From Lama glama (taxonomy: Eukaryota): a stretch of DNA of 64,000 nt. The notes beneath the pieces are model-generated. The model was not told the DNA's origin, did no database searches, and saw only the letters and a program-made list of their open reading frames with translations. Position numbers and translations under genes: made by a program. The stretch is taken from positions 12,712,001 to 12,776,000 of the forward strand of contig CM052816.1 of NCBI GenBank assembly GCA_028534125.1. Reading direction: 5' to 3'. Of this stretch, positions 1 through 11,481 are shown piece after piece (the first letter of the stretch is position 1; each line of letters starts with the position of its first letter).

Positions 1-1984
1 ATCTGGTAGAACAAAGTAGAAGCTGCCTCCTGTACGCAACCTGAGCTTTCCACTTTGTCACAGTCTCCAGCACGCCCTGTGGTCTCTCCCACAAAATGTG
101 TGACCTCTGTTGCCTGCCAGTGAATCTGGTTGAATGTGCAATTACTGATAGCCTGATGGAAAATTATAGTGAGTCACAGAAACCCAGATACCTGGAACTT
201 TTTGCTGTGGAGTGAGGTTTGGTTTATAGAGAACACAATGAAATGTGGGTTTGGTCATTACATGGTTAACCACCTCAAGGAAGGCAGTCTGAGCGGAGAA
301 TCTGACTCTGTAGATCTGTCTGACTTGTGCTTTGTAGATACAGATGAGACCTTCATCCCCGCTCACCATCCATATGTGCTGAAGACCACTAGGTGATGCT
401 TTTGAACTGAAGTCAGAGGAATGAATTCCAAACGACTCCCATGCACATGTTTGGAACAACCATAAAAACTAGCTTTTCAGGCTGCAGCTGTAGTCCTTTG
501 GTTAATCGCATCTCCGGTCCCTGGGATGCAAGCTTCACTTAAAAATGAAGTGAGGCAAGACCTGGGACTGCTGTGCTCTGTGCTGGAGTGGTCCCCACTG
601 CCGGCCCACACAGATCACTTAAGAAAAGGCCAACAGGATGGGGATGAGTGTGGAAAGAGAGCCTCAGAATCAGCTGCAGAGCTCAGGCTCCCGTGTCAGA
701 ATCAGGGAACCCAAGGAGGCAACCCAAAAACGCTTATAGACCCTGACAGTGGGCAACACCGGAGAGGCAGCTACAACTGCAGCATGTGAGGTTGACGACC
801 CATGCGTTGGTCACCAGTGTCCTTGCGACAGCTGTTTCCCGGTGTTTCCAGCTAATGTGTGATCAGGTCGCAGCAGCTGCCTCATTTACCGAGAGAGAGG
901 ATTTGTCTTTGCTCATGAGCTATTTTAGAACTGGTGACATTTTCCAAAGGCATTGGTGTTCTTGTCCTATCTTGGTTTTAAAATACTATGGATTTTATAG
1001 ATTTTTTTTAAAACTTATTTGGGCCTTGCTAGATTTTTAGTTAAAATTGGGCCTTCTCTAAATGGTTCTAGGGTTTGGAAAATGGGAGTAGCCTGTGGTA
1101 TGCCTGAACAGAACTCCATCTCATCATTGGTGCCTGTTGTCTGAGAGTCCTCACCGAGGGGGACGGAGAAGAGGCTTCATGTACAGAAAACTCTTATGAC
1201 TGGAGCGGTTTGATAGTGAAGTGCTGACCTGTGGCGTTCCTCAGGCCAGTTAGACACCAGCACACAGAGAATCAGGTCACTTGTCCATGCTCGCAGGACA
1301 AGTTAGCAGCAGGGATGACTCTAGGACCCCAACCTTTGGTTAAGTCAGGCTCCCTTTTACCAAGTAAAGTTGAAAATTCAAACAACAATCCAAATCATTT
1401 GGTCCAGGGACCATTTGGAGTGTGTCAACAAGATGGCAATTTCTACAGAAAGTGAGGATTTCTATCTATGAAAACACAAATGTTTCCAAATATCTGCATC
1501 TTTGGTGTCAAGTGTGTGAGCATGTGAGACTCTTCTCAGAGCCTCTGAAAAAATTTTGCTTTTCTATTAAAAACAAAAAGTGTAATAATACAACTTGTGG
1601 TGTTGTAACGAGGGTTAAAGTTAATGTTATACAAGGCGTCAGTTCACAGACACACAGCCTGTCTGCCAAGTCACCTCCTTGGGCTCATGTCCCAAATGCC
1701 GTGCACGTTTTCCTGTGGGCCCCAGATAGTCCCCATCACACATTCAGCTTTAATATAGTCAAGGCACCTACGATTATCCAAAGTACTTGTTTGTTTATTT
1801 ACAGTTTGTCTTTTGTCAAGAAAATAAGTTTCAGACCCCAGGGCCCTTACCTGCCGGATTTGCTGCTCTGTCTCGAGGACCTTGAACAGTGTCGGATACA
1901 CATAGTAACCCTTGGTAAATAGGTAAATATTCTTCAAAGGAATAAACAAATAAATTAATAAATGATATTCTTATCGTCTGTTGT

Positions 1985-2212
1985 CATGGTCAGAAACTAC
2001 AGCCCACAGACCAAACCCAGCCTGCCACCTATTTTTGAAAAAAAAATATATTAGATATATAGTCCTGCTCATTCATTGATGAATTGTTATGGTGGCATTT
2101 ACACTACAGCAGCAAAATTGAATAATTGCAGACAGAAGTCCTGTGGCCTGTAAAGCTGAAAAGACCTACAACCTGGTCCTTCATAGTAAAAGAAAAACTT
2201 TGATGACCTCTG
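1985..2212 (+). mobile_element. MER58A-like hAT-Charlie MITE
   Basis: aaactacagcccacagaccaaacccagcctgccacctatttttg ... aaactttgatgacctctg follows the recalled MER58A consensus end to end. Confidence 0.85.
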
Positions 2213-2559
2213 TGTACTGGTGTCTAACTGGCCTGAGGAACGTCACGGGTCAGCACTTCACTATTAAACCTCTCCAGTCATAAGAGTTTTCTGTACGTGA
2301 AGATGATAAGATCATCTCCAAAAGGTACTAATTTTAAACTCAGAAAATTGAGGGGTCGTCTCAGCATCACTAAGTAAATTGGTGGGAGGGGGAAGAAGAA
2401 ACGGGTCTCCAGGCAAAACAGCTCAACTCTCCCAAACAGATGAATATCTGTATTATTTCAACATACCAGTGCAAATCTCTTTTCTCTGAGTCTGGATGAT
2501 GATGATATTTTTCCATAGTTTTTTTTTTTTTTTATGCTGGCACCAAATGAAATATGGGG

Positions 2560-2740
2560 AGCTTCCAAAGGAGTGGGTGAAGTTTGAGATGGCAACAGCT
2601 TTGCAGAAACCCGCCCGGCCCAGCTCCAAACTCTCATCATGACAGCAGTATCTAATTACTGCGCTAAACTTTGAGAAACCTGATATTATGCAAATAAACT
2701 CCAGCTGCATTTTATGACAGCACATGCAATTTTTATTAAA
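2560..2740. promoter_or_regulatory. Candidate developmental enhancer (motif cluster)
   Basis: Non-repetitive. TGACAG at 2640 and 2715, TAATTA 2653, octamer ATGCAAAT 2688, E-box CAGCTG 2702, TTTATGA 2711. Conservation not tested. Confidence 0.35.
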
Positions 2741-2981
2741 AAAATGTAAAATCCTTTTTATATGGAAAAAAAATTCCTTCTCTTACAGTATATAGAATTA
2801 ACCAGAGATACAGTCTAATAGAGTCTAATAGCTTAATTCAGTACAAATGTTGGAATTCACTGAAATGCTCGTTTAGATAAAGAATTCTGTCTTTTTTGCG
2901 TTTGTAGCAGAGGGCGGTATTTGGTGCTGCTTGCATATTGGTGGCTGTAGGAGGACTGCAGAATTTGCTGTGGTACTTGGG

Positions 2982-3020
2982 TCGGTGGGGGTGGGGGTGG
3001 TGGTGGTGGTGGTGGTGGTG
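2982..3020 (+). repeat. (GGT)n microsatellite / G-rich tract
   Basis: ggtgggggtgggggtggtggtggtggtggtggtggtg. Confidence 0.9.
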
Positions 3021-3449
3021 AGGATTCCAAGTGTTTGCTTTGTGTGTTACATTCTACTTTCAGCAGATTTTTAAAAGGAGTAAGAATATAACATATTACC
3101 TAACACATGTATTTGTAGTAAGTACTTTGTGGTTCTGTTCCTTTTCTATCCTGAACTGAGATTCATAGATAGTATAACTTATTTATACGCAAAATATTAA
3201 CAATCGCAACAAATTAAAATGTCATCTACAATATAAGGAAGAAATAAATAAATGTACTTTACTATGAAACACTATGTATCTTAATATGCAAAATGCTTGG
3301 TCCAATCTTCACGTGAAGACAGCAGGAAGCGGTCGTATGCTTGCCTCTGTATGTTGAGTCATTCCTTATGCGACAGGGAAGTTATGTTGGTCGCTCAAAT
3401 ACCATAAGCGGTTGCTGAAGGCTGTGATTTTTCTGAAGTGGTGAATAGC

Positions 3450-3818
3450 TCTTGGTAATGTTCTAGAGAAAGTGAAAAAGAAAATAAAAGCCCTTCCCTC
3501 AATTTGCATTGCGAGAAAATTGCTTCATATTAAAACTGTACCAAAAAATAAAAAAAAATTAGATTTATGTAAAAACAAAGATTCTATATTAAGGTAACTG
3601 TAAATAAGTTTCTCAGCTACAAGATGGTCCTTTTAGAAGATGAAAAATCTTGCAAATTTCATGACAGTTCTCCCTTATGCTGAATTGTCAAACTCAGCAG
3701 GATGTCTGGAACCCCTAGCTTCCCCGAATGAAAAAAGTGCCCTCCAACATTGTGTAACCGAGACACCCCTAGAAATTTCCAAAATACCCTTTAAAGGGCA
3801 CTGCTTAGAACTACTAGC
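3450..3818 (-). mobile_element. MER20/MER20B-like hAT-Charlie remnant
   Basis: 3' part (gcaggatgtctggaacccctagc ... aatttccaaaataccct ... ttagaactactag) resembles reverse-complement MER20; highly diverged. Confidence 0.5.
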
Positions 3819-4819
3819 CCAAATCTTTGATATCGTGGTACTGTTAGAGCAACCAGAGTTGCTATAGAACTAAACTTCTAAATTTCTCTAAATAGCTTTG
3901 TTTTAATGCATGTCTGTAAAATTTCATTAAATGACAGCAAAATACATGCAGGTATATTCTGAGGGAAATGGTCATCTGGAGCTTTATCTGGTGGCCTCAG
4001 AGGTAACTTAGAAAACTCCCCTCTCACTTTGCCGAAAAGAAAGGGGAAAGGGAGACAGACATGGTACTGAATGGTCGACGAAGTCAAAACCATTGGGGCA
4101 CTCAGAAATGACAGAGCCCACACAGTGCCGTCTCCAGTGAGCCAGTGCCTGGTCAGGCTTCTGCTTCTCTGACATTCTTGTCAGAGACCCAGTTGGTTCT
4201 CACTTTTTTTTTTTTTTTTTTTTTGGAGGCAGCTGTTTTTGGAGCTAACCAGCATCTATCTACGGGCGGACAGGCAGTCCTGCCTCCTCACTGGACTCCT
4301 GAGGCTTATGATGAAGAAGGGGCAGGGGAAGCAGGATGGGTCCTAGGTCCACCCAGCAGCATCCAGGTAGGACTTGTAACGTTTCTCATAAGAAAGGCTA
4401 TCCGTGTCTATCACTGGTCAGTCATTTGGAAAGTTTGTTATTTATTTCTCAGACACACTGAGTTGGAATTTGCTGCCTCTGCCTATGATAAAAACAGTAG
4501 TTAGAAATATGCTAGATTTGAAGAAGAGAAGGCCCTGGGAAGTTTTGCCATTTGGTGGTGGTGGTGTGGGGGAGGGCAGGAGGAATGCCGATAGAAAAGG
4601 AAATTGAGTTGTTTTGTAGCACGTGAGCTTCTGGTTTATTTTTGAGAACCAAGGTTCTCTGTTGGATTATAAATGCTTTGAAGAAATTTTGCTTTTTCTT
4701 CTTTTGGAGAGAATGAAGTTCAGGTCTAAGAGGCTCTGTTACATATTTCTAAATAAAAATACCTGTTACCTTTACCAAATGCTTTCTGAAAGCTCCCGGA
4801 TCGTGTACAGGTTGCAGTG

Positions 4820-4918
4820 ATTCACCAGATTGTCAGGTGCCTGAGAGCATTGTCTGTTTCATCTTTTTTGGCCCCCTTATTAGCTGGATGTAATTTGTTG
4901 AATACATAAATGAATGAA
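4820..4918 (+). mobile_element. L2 3' end fragment
   Basis: ccagattgtcaggtgcctgagagc ... tttgttgaatacataaatgaatgaa, typical L2 terminus. Confidence 0.6.
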
Positions 4919-5079
4919 CAAATTCACCTCCAGGCATTGTGAAATCTGGGAGCACATGAACTTGACAATTGAAGGAAAAAGTAGACTTTCTGAAATTGCT
5001 ACCCAAGGAGCAATTAAAAACAGAACTTTACATTTTATTTTTTAATTCCTTTTATACCCAGTCATTTAAAGAATAATAT

Positions 5080-5208
5080 CATTCTTCCATTCCATAAATT
5101 TTTAATGAGCATCTATTAAACGCCAGGTACTATGTTAGGCCTTGAGAATATGAGATGAAAAAGACTAGTGAAGTCCCCGTTTTCCTCATGGAGCCTGCAG
5201 TCCAGTGG
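5080..5208 (-). mobile_element. L2 3' end fragment
   Basis: cattcttccattcc ... taatgagcatctattaaacgccaggtactatgttaggc ... ctcatggagcctgcagtccagtgg. Confidence 0.7.
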
Positions 5209-5884
5209 ATATTTGGCGCAGGGTGTAGTAACCTGTCTTTACATTCGCTTCATAACAATGATTCAAACAATGGAGGCCAGTCCCCAAGTCATGAGGACTT
5301 CCACCTGTTTTATTGATGTATTTGCGAGTCTTTTGCTGTAACCCTTATTAAGAACTTGGAGGAAGTAGGTCTACAATTATCCCGACTTGTGTCTTCTAAC
5401 CCAGCTCAACCTCAAGTCCGGGTCTTCCTCAAATTTCACTCTGGCTGATTTGAAAAGTGATGTATTTTTACATTATCAGATGCTCCTCTGTCAATCTCTC
5501 TCTGCCCATTACTGTCCACCTTCTACTGGCAACCAAAAACCTACTTGGAAGAAAAGGATTTGAAGGGGAATGACTTTAAAACATAAATGATCCCTAATAG
5601 AGATTTAAAAAAAAAAAAACTTCAGGAAAAATGAACAGGACTTGCCAGGAAGGCTGTGGTTTCTCCTGTCTTCTCTTGCCTCCATCCACCCCAGCCCAGA
5701 CTGCACTCTCACAAGCCCTTGAATGTGCCTTGGAGAGAAAACGGTTGGCAGCCAGAGCGATGAATTTCCTTCCACAGGCCCATTTCCATGCCTCATAGAC
5801 ACAAGTACTGGCCAGGAACCAAGCTATTAAGGAGCAGAACTTTATGCCTAAAGGGTCCAAGAGCTACAGAAGCTCAAGTGATTA

Positions 5885-6192
5885 CCGTTGTCCCTTGGTA
5901 TCAGTGGGGGATTGGTTCCAGGACTCCCTTGGATACCAAATATCCATTGACGCTCAAGTCCCTTACGTAAGATGGCATAGTATTTGCATATTATCTATAC
6001 ACAGCCTCTTGTAGACTTAAATCATCTCTAGACTACGCCTAAGACCATGTAAATGCTATGTAAATAGTGGCTGGCATATGGCAAATTCAAGTTTTGTTTT
6101 TTGCACGTCTGTAATTTTTTCCCCAGTATTTTCCATCTGCTTAGTTGGATGACTCTATGAGTGTGAAACCTATGAACACAGGAGGCCCGCTG
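5885..6192 (+). mobile_element. MER2B-like Tigger MITE (TcMar)
   Basis: ccgttgtcccttggtatcagtgggggattggttccaggac ... ggaggcccgctg, flanked by TA at 5883-5884 and 6193-6194. Confidence 0.9.
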
Positions 6193-6789
6193 TATAAGAA
6201 CCCACAGAGCTAAGGCACTTCAGCCATCAGACAAAGTTATCGCTATAAAAAGGCAAAACGGCACCCCAGTGGAGAGAGATGGGTCTGAGCTACAGCAGCC
6301 CCCGCTGTCGCTGATTCCAGGGCTGGTTACTGAGACAGGGCCTTCACAACTCTGGCTCTGTGTGAGGTGTGGGAGGTGAGGCGCGACTCTATAAGAACCC
6401 CTCTAACCAGACGTGATGCCTCAGACGTGAAGTATCTGCCACAGGGCCGGGGCCACTCAGGGCATGGAGGGCTGCCTCCGAGGGGCAGTCGGTACCTGTC
6501 CACAGCGATGGGGTTGTGATGGAGTCAGGGAGGAAGGATGTTTTCATCTTGTGCTTGTGGATTGGGCTGGCCACTTGTTTGTGTTTCAGCGGGGAGCTGG
6601 GCTCTTACCCTGACACACTTAATGGCAAGCAGTACTGTGCTAACTGTGTACATCGTAGAAGGGCTGGAAATGGATGCATGTTGCTAAAACATCATGCCGA
6701 TGATGGAAGTGTAATGCATCTTAATTGGATTAACTATAGTAATCACCATCATTGCCCTGATAGTTAACAGTGTCAGAATGACTTGACCT

Positions 6790-6975
6790 TGTTTAATTTG
6801 AGCCTCGTATAACCATCCTATGAAGAGAATGGAATAATTGCTCTCATTTTACACAGGAGAAAAGTGGAGCACAAAACGGTGAATTCACTTCTGGTAAGTT
6901 ACCTATCTAGTAAGTGGAGAAGTTGGGGATCAAACTCAGTCAGAGTCCAGAGCCCATGTTCTTAATCTCCTCTAC
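6790..6975 (-). mobile_element. MIR SINE
   Basis: Core-like ctcattttacacaggagaaaagtggagcaca ... ggatcaaactcag ... ccagagcccatgttcttaatc. Confidence 0.75.
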
Positions 6976-7059
6976 GATACAGCTTCCCTAACTGTCCTGT
7001 TAATGTATAAGAAACAGCAGTAGATCGAACTTTGTCCGTTTGATCTTGGATTCAATTGT

Positions 7060-7790
7060 CATTCATTCATTCAATACTCATTGTTTGTGTACCAATTCAA
7101 TACGAGACACTGAGCTCTCTTACAAAGATGAATAGGACAGTTTTTGCCCTCAAGCTCTGTCTTTGTGGGAGCAAGATGTGCATCTAAATAAATGATTGTA
7201 AGTGGAATGCAATAATATAGTAAAAGCACTTACAGCGTGTTTGGTGAGGGCACAGAGTCGGGGAAGGCATCGAGGAGGAAGCCATTTTCCATCCTGGTCC
7301 TGAAGGTGAGGAGGACTTTGGCGCGGACGATGGGAAAAGGAGCAGTCCAGGCGAGGAGACGGTCCCTCAAGGACTGCTGCACGTGCGGTCCTGCCCTGGC
7401 TTTGGGGAGGGACCCAGACCAGTTTCCTAGTCTCCAAGAGCTAAAATCGAGGGTGAGAGTTGCCTCGACGAATAATGAATGAAGCATGTTGTTCAAAGCA
7501 TGGATGCAGACAAACCTGTCTGGAAGGGCAGACGAAGGAGAGCTATTTCCAACTCTGGAAGAAGGAGGAGGAAGCTGGAGACTTCTCCATGGGGGACCAA
7601 CTTGAATCAGGTTGGGGAAGATGAGAAGAGATTTTCAAAATAGAGAAGCAGAGGCGTGAAGGAGTGTGGGCTATTTAGGGAACTATCTGTTATAAATGGA
7701 AGGAGGCACAGGGATGCTGGGAACCGAGGGCCATGGTGCCAATGCATGGCATGCCTGGAGTGCCATGTGAAGCCTTTCAGAAAAGCATTG
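7060..7790 (-). mobile_element. L2 fragments
   Basis: cattcattcattcaatactcatt ... aagatgaataggacagtttttgccctcaagctct, followed by purine-rich degenerate L2 sequence. Confidence 0.6.
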
Positions 7791-8610
7791 ATGAAATGTG
7801 AACACTCTTTTCAAGCAGAGGTATTACCCAAGGAATTAGAGTTTATCCTAGATCAGTTATTTTCAGACTTGCTTTTTGCTAACAGCACCTTCCTCTCAAA
7901 CACAGAATTAGGGAAAATCCTAGCTATTAAACTGTTAAGAATGAAACCACTCTGGCTGGCATGGGACTGGAAGGGCTCAGGATCTAGGCTGCTCAGCCTT
8001 CACGGAGGATTCTGTGCAACACGACTTACAATCATCCTAAAATGAGAGGCCTGAGCCTGAAGAACAGGGTATTTTCAGCCCCATTCCCAGGCCAACGTGT
8101 GAGACCACCGTCAGGCACACGAGTGTTGTTTCTGGCAATCCGGCAACACCAATGGCAGGTTTGGCCATCAGTGCTGATCTGCTTTGTGCATAAAACAAAA
8201 CAGCCATTCCCAGTTGCTCAGTGATGAGCTAAGTGGAGAGTTTGTCCACAGAGACATCCACGTTGCTGAAAGGAGGCCCTTGGATGAAGCTTTGCTGCTT
8301 CGCGTTCCTGTCTTCAGGAGATCTCTTCCTGAATGGAATCCTGGGGGCTCCAAGGAGTTAACATAACTTCAGAATTACCTCTTCCTTTCCCACAGAGGCA
8401 CCTGCCCACTGGGAGAATCTGGCTTCACGCTGAGGGTTCACTGCCAGAAAGTGACATGAAAGCGTTCACTGCATCTATGCACCTGCATACCCCCGGGAGG
8501 AAAGAGGGAGAGAAGGGATCTATCATTACAGGTCAGGCTGCAAGGAGGAACACTGATCCCTGAAAGACATGAGCCAGAAGAGGCCCACGATACATCAAAG
8601 ACCCCCCAAG

Positions 8611-8786
8611 AGAGTGGGTCAGATACAATACAGGACACTCAGTGAAACGAATTTCTGATAAACCACGAATAACATTTTAGTATGTCTCAAATGTTGCACG
8701 GGACACATACTAAAAAAAAATCATTGATTTGTAATTCAGATTTAACTGTGTGTTCTGTATTTTTATTTGCTAAATCTGGCAACCCT
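8611..8786. mobile_element. MER53 palindromic hAT MITE
   Basis: Inverted arms cagatacaatacaggacactcagtgaaacgaatttctgataaacc / ttcagatttaactgtgtgttctgtatttttatttgctaaatctggcaaccct; centre tagtatgtctca ... gggacacatacta. Confidence 0.9.
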
Positions 8787-9844
8787 ACCCTCCAGCCGCC
8801 TCCCCCATGGAGGTTGTGCCTTCTTTCTATCTGCCCTGGAAGAGGACTGCAGCCTGGTTTGGGGTCCAGGTTGGGGTCCAAACCCCTTAAGCATGAACTC
8901 AAGCTTCTCCACACCACCGTGGCAGCCAGCCTGTCCAGCCAAGGGCGAGAGTCTGCACCCTCCAATGTCCCCAGGATTCCCCCAGCACGCTCCTTTTGAA
9001 GTCCTGGCCGGTTGGTCAGAGGCCAGCATGAAGGTTTGGCAGGGCAGGGGATTAAAGAGGCCTACTGCCTGATGAATAAATGTTTACAATATCCGCATTC
9101 CCTCCTTGACTAGTGGGGGAGTTTCCATCCGAGCTGCACTGCCATCAGGCAAGCTGTTGGCTTTTTTGTTAGAAGTAAGTTATTGGTGCATTGCTGCTGC
9201 AAATCTGCGGGGCGCCCACAGACAGGAAACTTTGGAGGGGAAAGGGGGGAAGGACTCCCATTGCCTGCTGACCCTGCTTTATGCATGTTTGGAAAGGAAG
9301 AATGTAAGTGAAATCAACAACCCTCAAGTACAGCTCTAAGCTGGGGCCAGAGCGTGACCGAGCCTGAGAGAGTGGCGCTGGGCGGGCTTTGTCCTGCGTT
9401 TCCTTTGTGTCTAAGCCGGGTGCATCGCAGACAGGTTTAGCTTCTCCCTCTTGTTCTAATTCTCTGGGGACAGGGGCAGCTGCCAAAATAATCTTGCTGT
9501 TGCCCCTGACAGGCCAGTTCAGCTATGGAAGAGGGACACTGCCGTAAATTCTAGATGGTCTGTTTCATTGGCGCTTCCAAACATATAGACCATCCTGAAC
9601 TGCTCCAGCTCGAGTAAAGCACGCAGAAGAACATACGTGTCTCCCACAGAGGAAGCGTTTGAGCTCCATGTGTGTAGGCTGTGAGGTGGACTTTCAGGGT
9701 TCTGCTTTCCCCTGAGCTAGCGGGATGAGAAAACTTTTAGCAATGAATGTATACTGGCCTAGAAACTCTGAGATGCCAGGGATTGGAAGGATATGGCCAG
9801 AGAAGGGAAGCAGGTAAGACATGTACTCTCCATCTTTTCACTGA

Positions 9845-9900
9845 GAGAAGAAGCAGGAGGAGGAAGAGGAGGGGAGGGAGGAGGGAGGGAGAGAGGGAGC
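9845..9900 (+). repeat. GA-rich polypurine tract
   Basis: aggaggaggaagaggaggggagggaggagggagggagagaggga. Confidence 0.85.
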
Positions 9901-10333
9901 CTGCGAGGCAGAGGCAGAGACGCGCAGCCCTCTTCTTTGGCCCAGGGCCGGCCTGCATACTCCTCAGAACCAATGTGCCTACAGGGTTATATAATTCATC
10001 CAGAGGACCTGGCCCCTCTGTGGTTTCTTTAATGACCTAGACTAAGGGAAAACGAAATTCAGTCTGACTGAATTTCCAGTGGAATAGAGGGGTCAGGGAC
10101 AAGAGGAACCCCGGGTCGTCAGAGGAATGGGTCCTGGATAGGTGCGAAGGATGGTAGAAAGTCATGATTGATGCTTGGCAGTGGAAGAGAAAGAAAGAAA
10201 AAATAAACAAACAAATAAATAAAAACACCTGAAATTGGATAGTTAGGCTGATAGCAAGAAAAAGCATGTGAGGATGAGATGTGGCCAAGGCACATACATT
10301 CCCTATTCCTGCCATATCATTTGACTGATTAAT

Positions 10334-10482
10334 CTGTGGTTCTCAAAAGTCAAAGTACATCAGAGTCATCTGGGGATTACGTTTTTTTAAAGAAAGAACA
10401 GCGATTCAGGGCTGCATTCTCAAGTTCTAGTTCTGAAGGTAAATCTGCTGCAAGCAATCCACGAAGCACACCTCAAGAGACA
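10334..10482 (+). mobile_element. MER5-family hAT-Charlie remnant
   Basis: ctgtggttctcaaa ... catcagagtcatctgggga ... ctgcattctcaag. Confidence 0.55.
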
Positions 10483-10564
10483 ATATTCAGAATGTGTCTG
10501 GGTCGTTTGCATCTCTGGGTACTTAAGTGAGGCTCTGGCTCCTGGTTCAAAGGAAGGAGAACCA

Positions 10565-11045
10565 GTAATATGTTTAAGAGTGGGCGCTTGGGAGTCGAAT
10601 TTCAGCTCCACTCCTGGAGTCTATTAATTGCTGATAATGACCTCAGATGTCACTGAACTTGATCTCACTGATAAACTGAAGATGTTCTATACTGTAGTAC
10701 ATGCTACCTCAGGTGATTACAAGGATAAAAAGAGATGCTATGTGGAGAGGACTTAGCAGAGTCCTTGGCCAAAGAAGTGTGAGGTGTGCGTATTATTGTT
10801 ACCACTACCGTCATCAACACCATGACTATCAATATCCGCGATAATTTGTCCATTTATGGAAAACACGCTATGTGCCAAGGCTGCATAGTAAGCTTGCAAT
10901 TATTTTATCTTACTTTGTTTTCTTTTAATTTTATTCTCAAAAATAAATGTAAGGGACAGATTATTCTTCCCCTTCTACATATGAATAAGCCGAGGTTAAC
11001 CTGACCCCCATCACCCAGCTGGGACTGAGAACTGAAACTCCTCTT
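10565..11045. mobile_element. Two MIRs, tail-to-tail (+ at ~10565-10790, - at ~10850-11045)
   Basis: ctacctcaggtgattacaaggataaaaagagatg (+); ctatgtgccaagg ... ttctacatatgaataagccgagg (-). Confidence 0.6.
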
Positions 11046-11048
11046 TCA

Positions 11049-11480
11049 GTGCGAATGTGCAATTACGCTAGCTGTGGAAAACAGTATGGGAGTTCCTCAA
11101 TAAATTACAGCTAGAACTACCAGAAGTGGGATCACTGGATCACATGGTAGTTCTGGTTTTAATTTTTTGAGGTACCTCCGTACTTTTCTGCATAACAGCT
11201 CTACCAATTTACATTCCCACCAGCCAGTGCAGGAGGGTCGCCTTTTCTCCACATCGTCACCAATGCTTGTTATCTCTTGTCTTCTGCAGGATAGTGTTTC
11301 TAATAGGTGTGAGGTGACAGCGCATTGTGGTTTTGATTTGCATTTCCCTGGTGATTAGTAATGTTAAGCACCTTTTCATGTACCTGTTGGACCTTTGTAT
11401 GTCTTCTTTGGGAAAATATCTATTTAGTCCCTCTGCCCGTTTTGTACTGTTTATGTCATTGGTGTTGAGTTACACAAGCC
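11049..11480 (-). mobile_element. L1 ORF2 C-terminal region (antisense, 11123-11480) with a sense fold-back copy at 11049-11122
   Basis: gaagtgggatcactggatcacatggtagttct ... accaatttacattcccacc ... ttgtggttttgatttgcatttccctggtgattagt; the + ORF MVLICISLVISNVKHLFMYLL is the classic antisense-L1 peptide. Confidence 0.9.
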
Positions 11481-11481
11481 C

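Noticed and set aside
1422..1922. 166-aa ORF
   Set aside because: Non-ATG start, no homology recognised, no exon structure
8184..8366. FVHRDIH resembling a kinase catalytic loop
   Set aside because: No downstream N, DFG or other kinase motifs; a chance match
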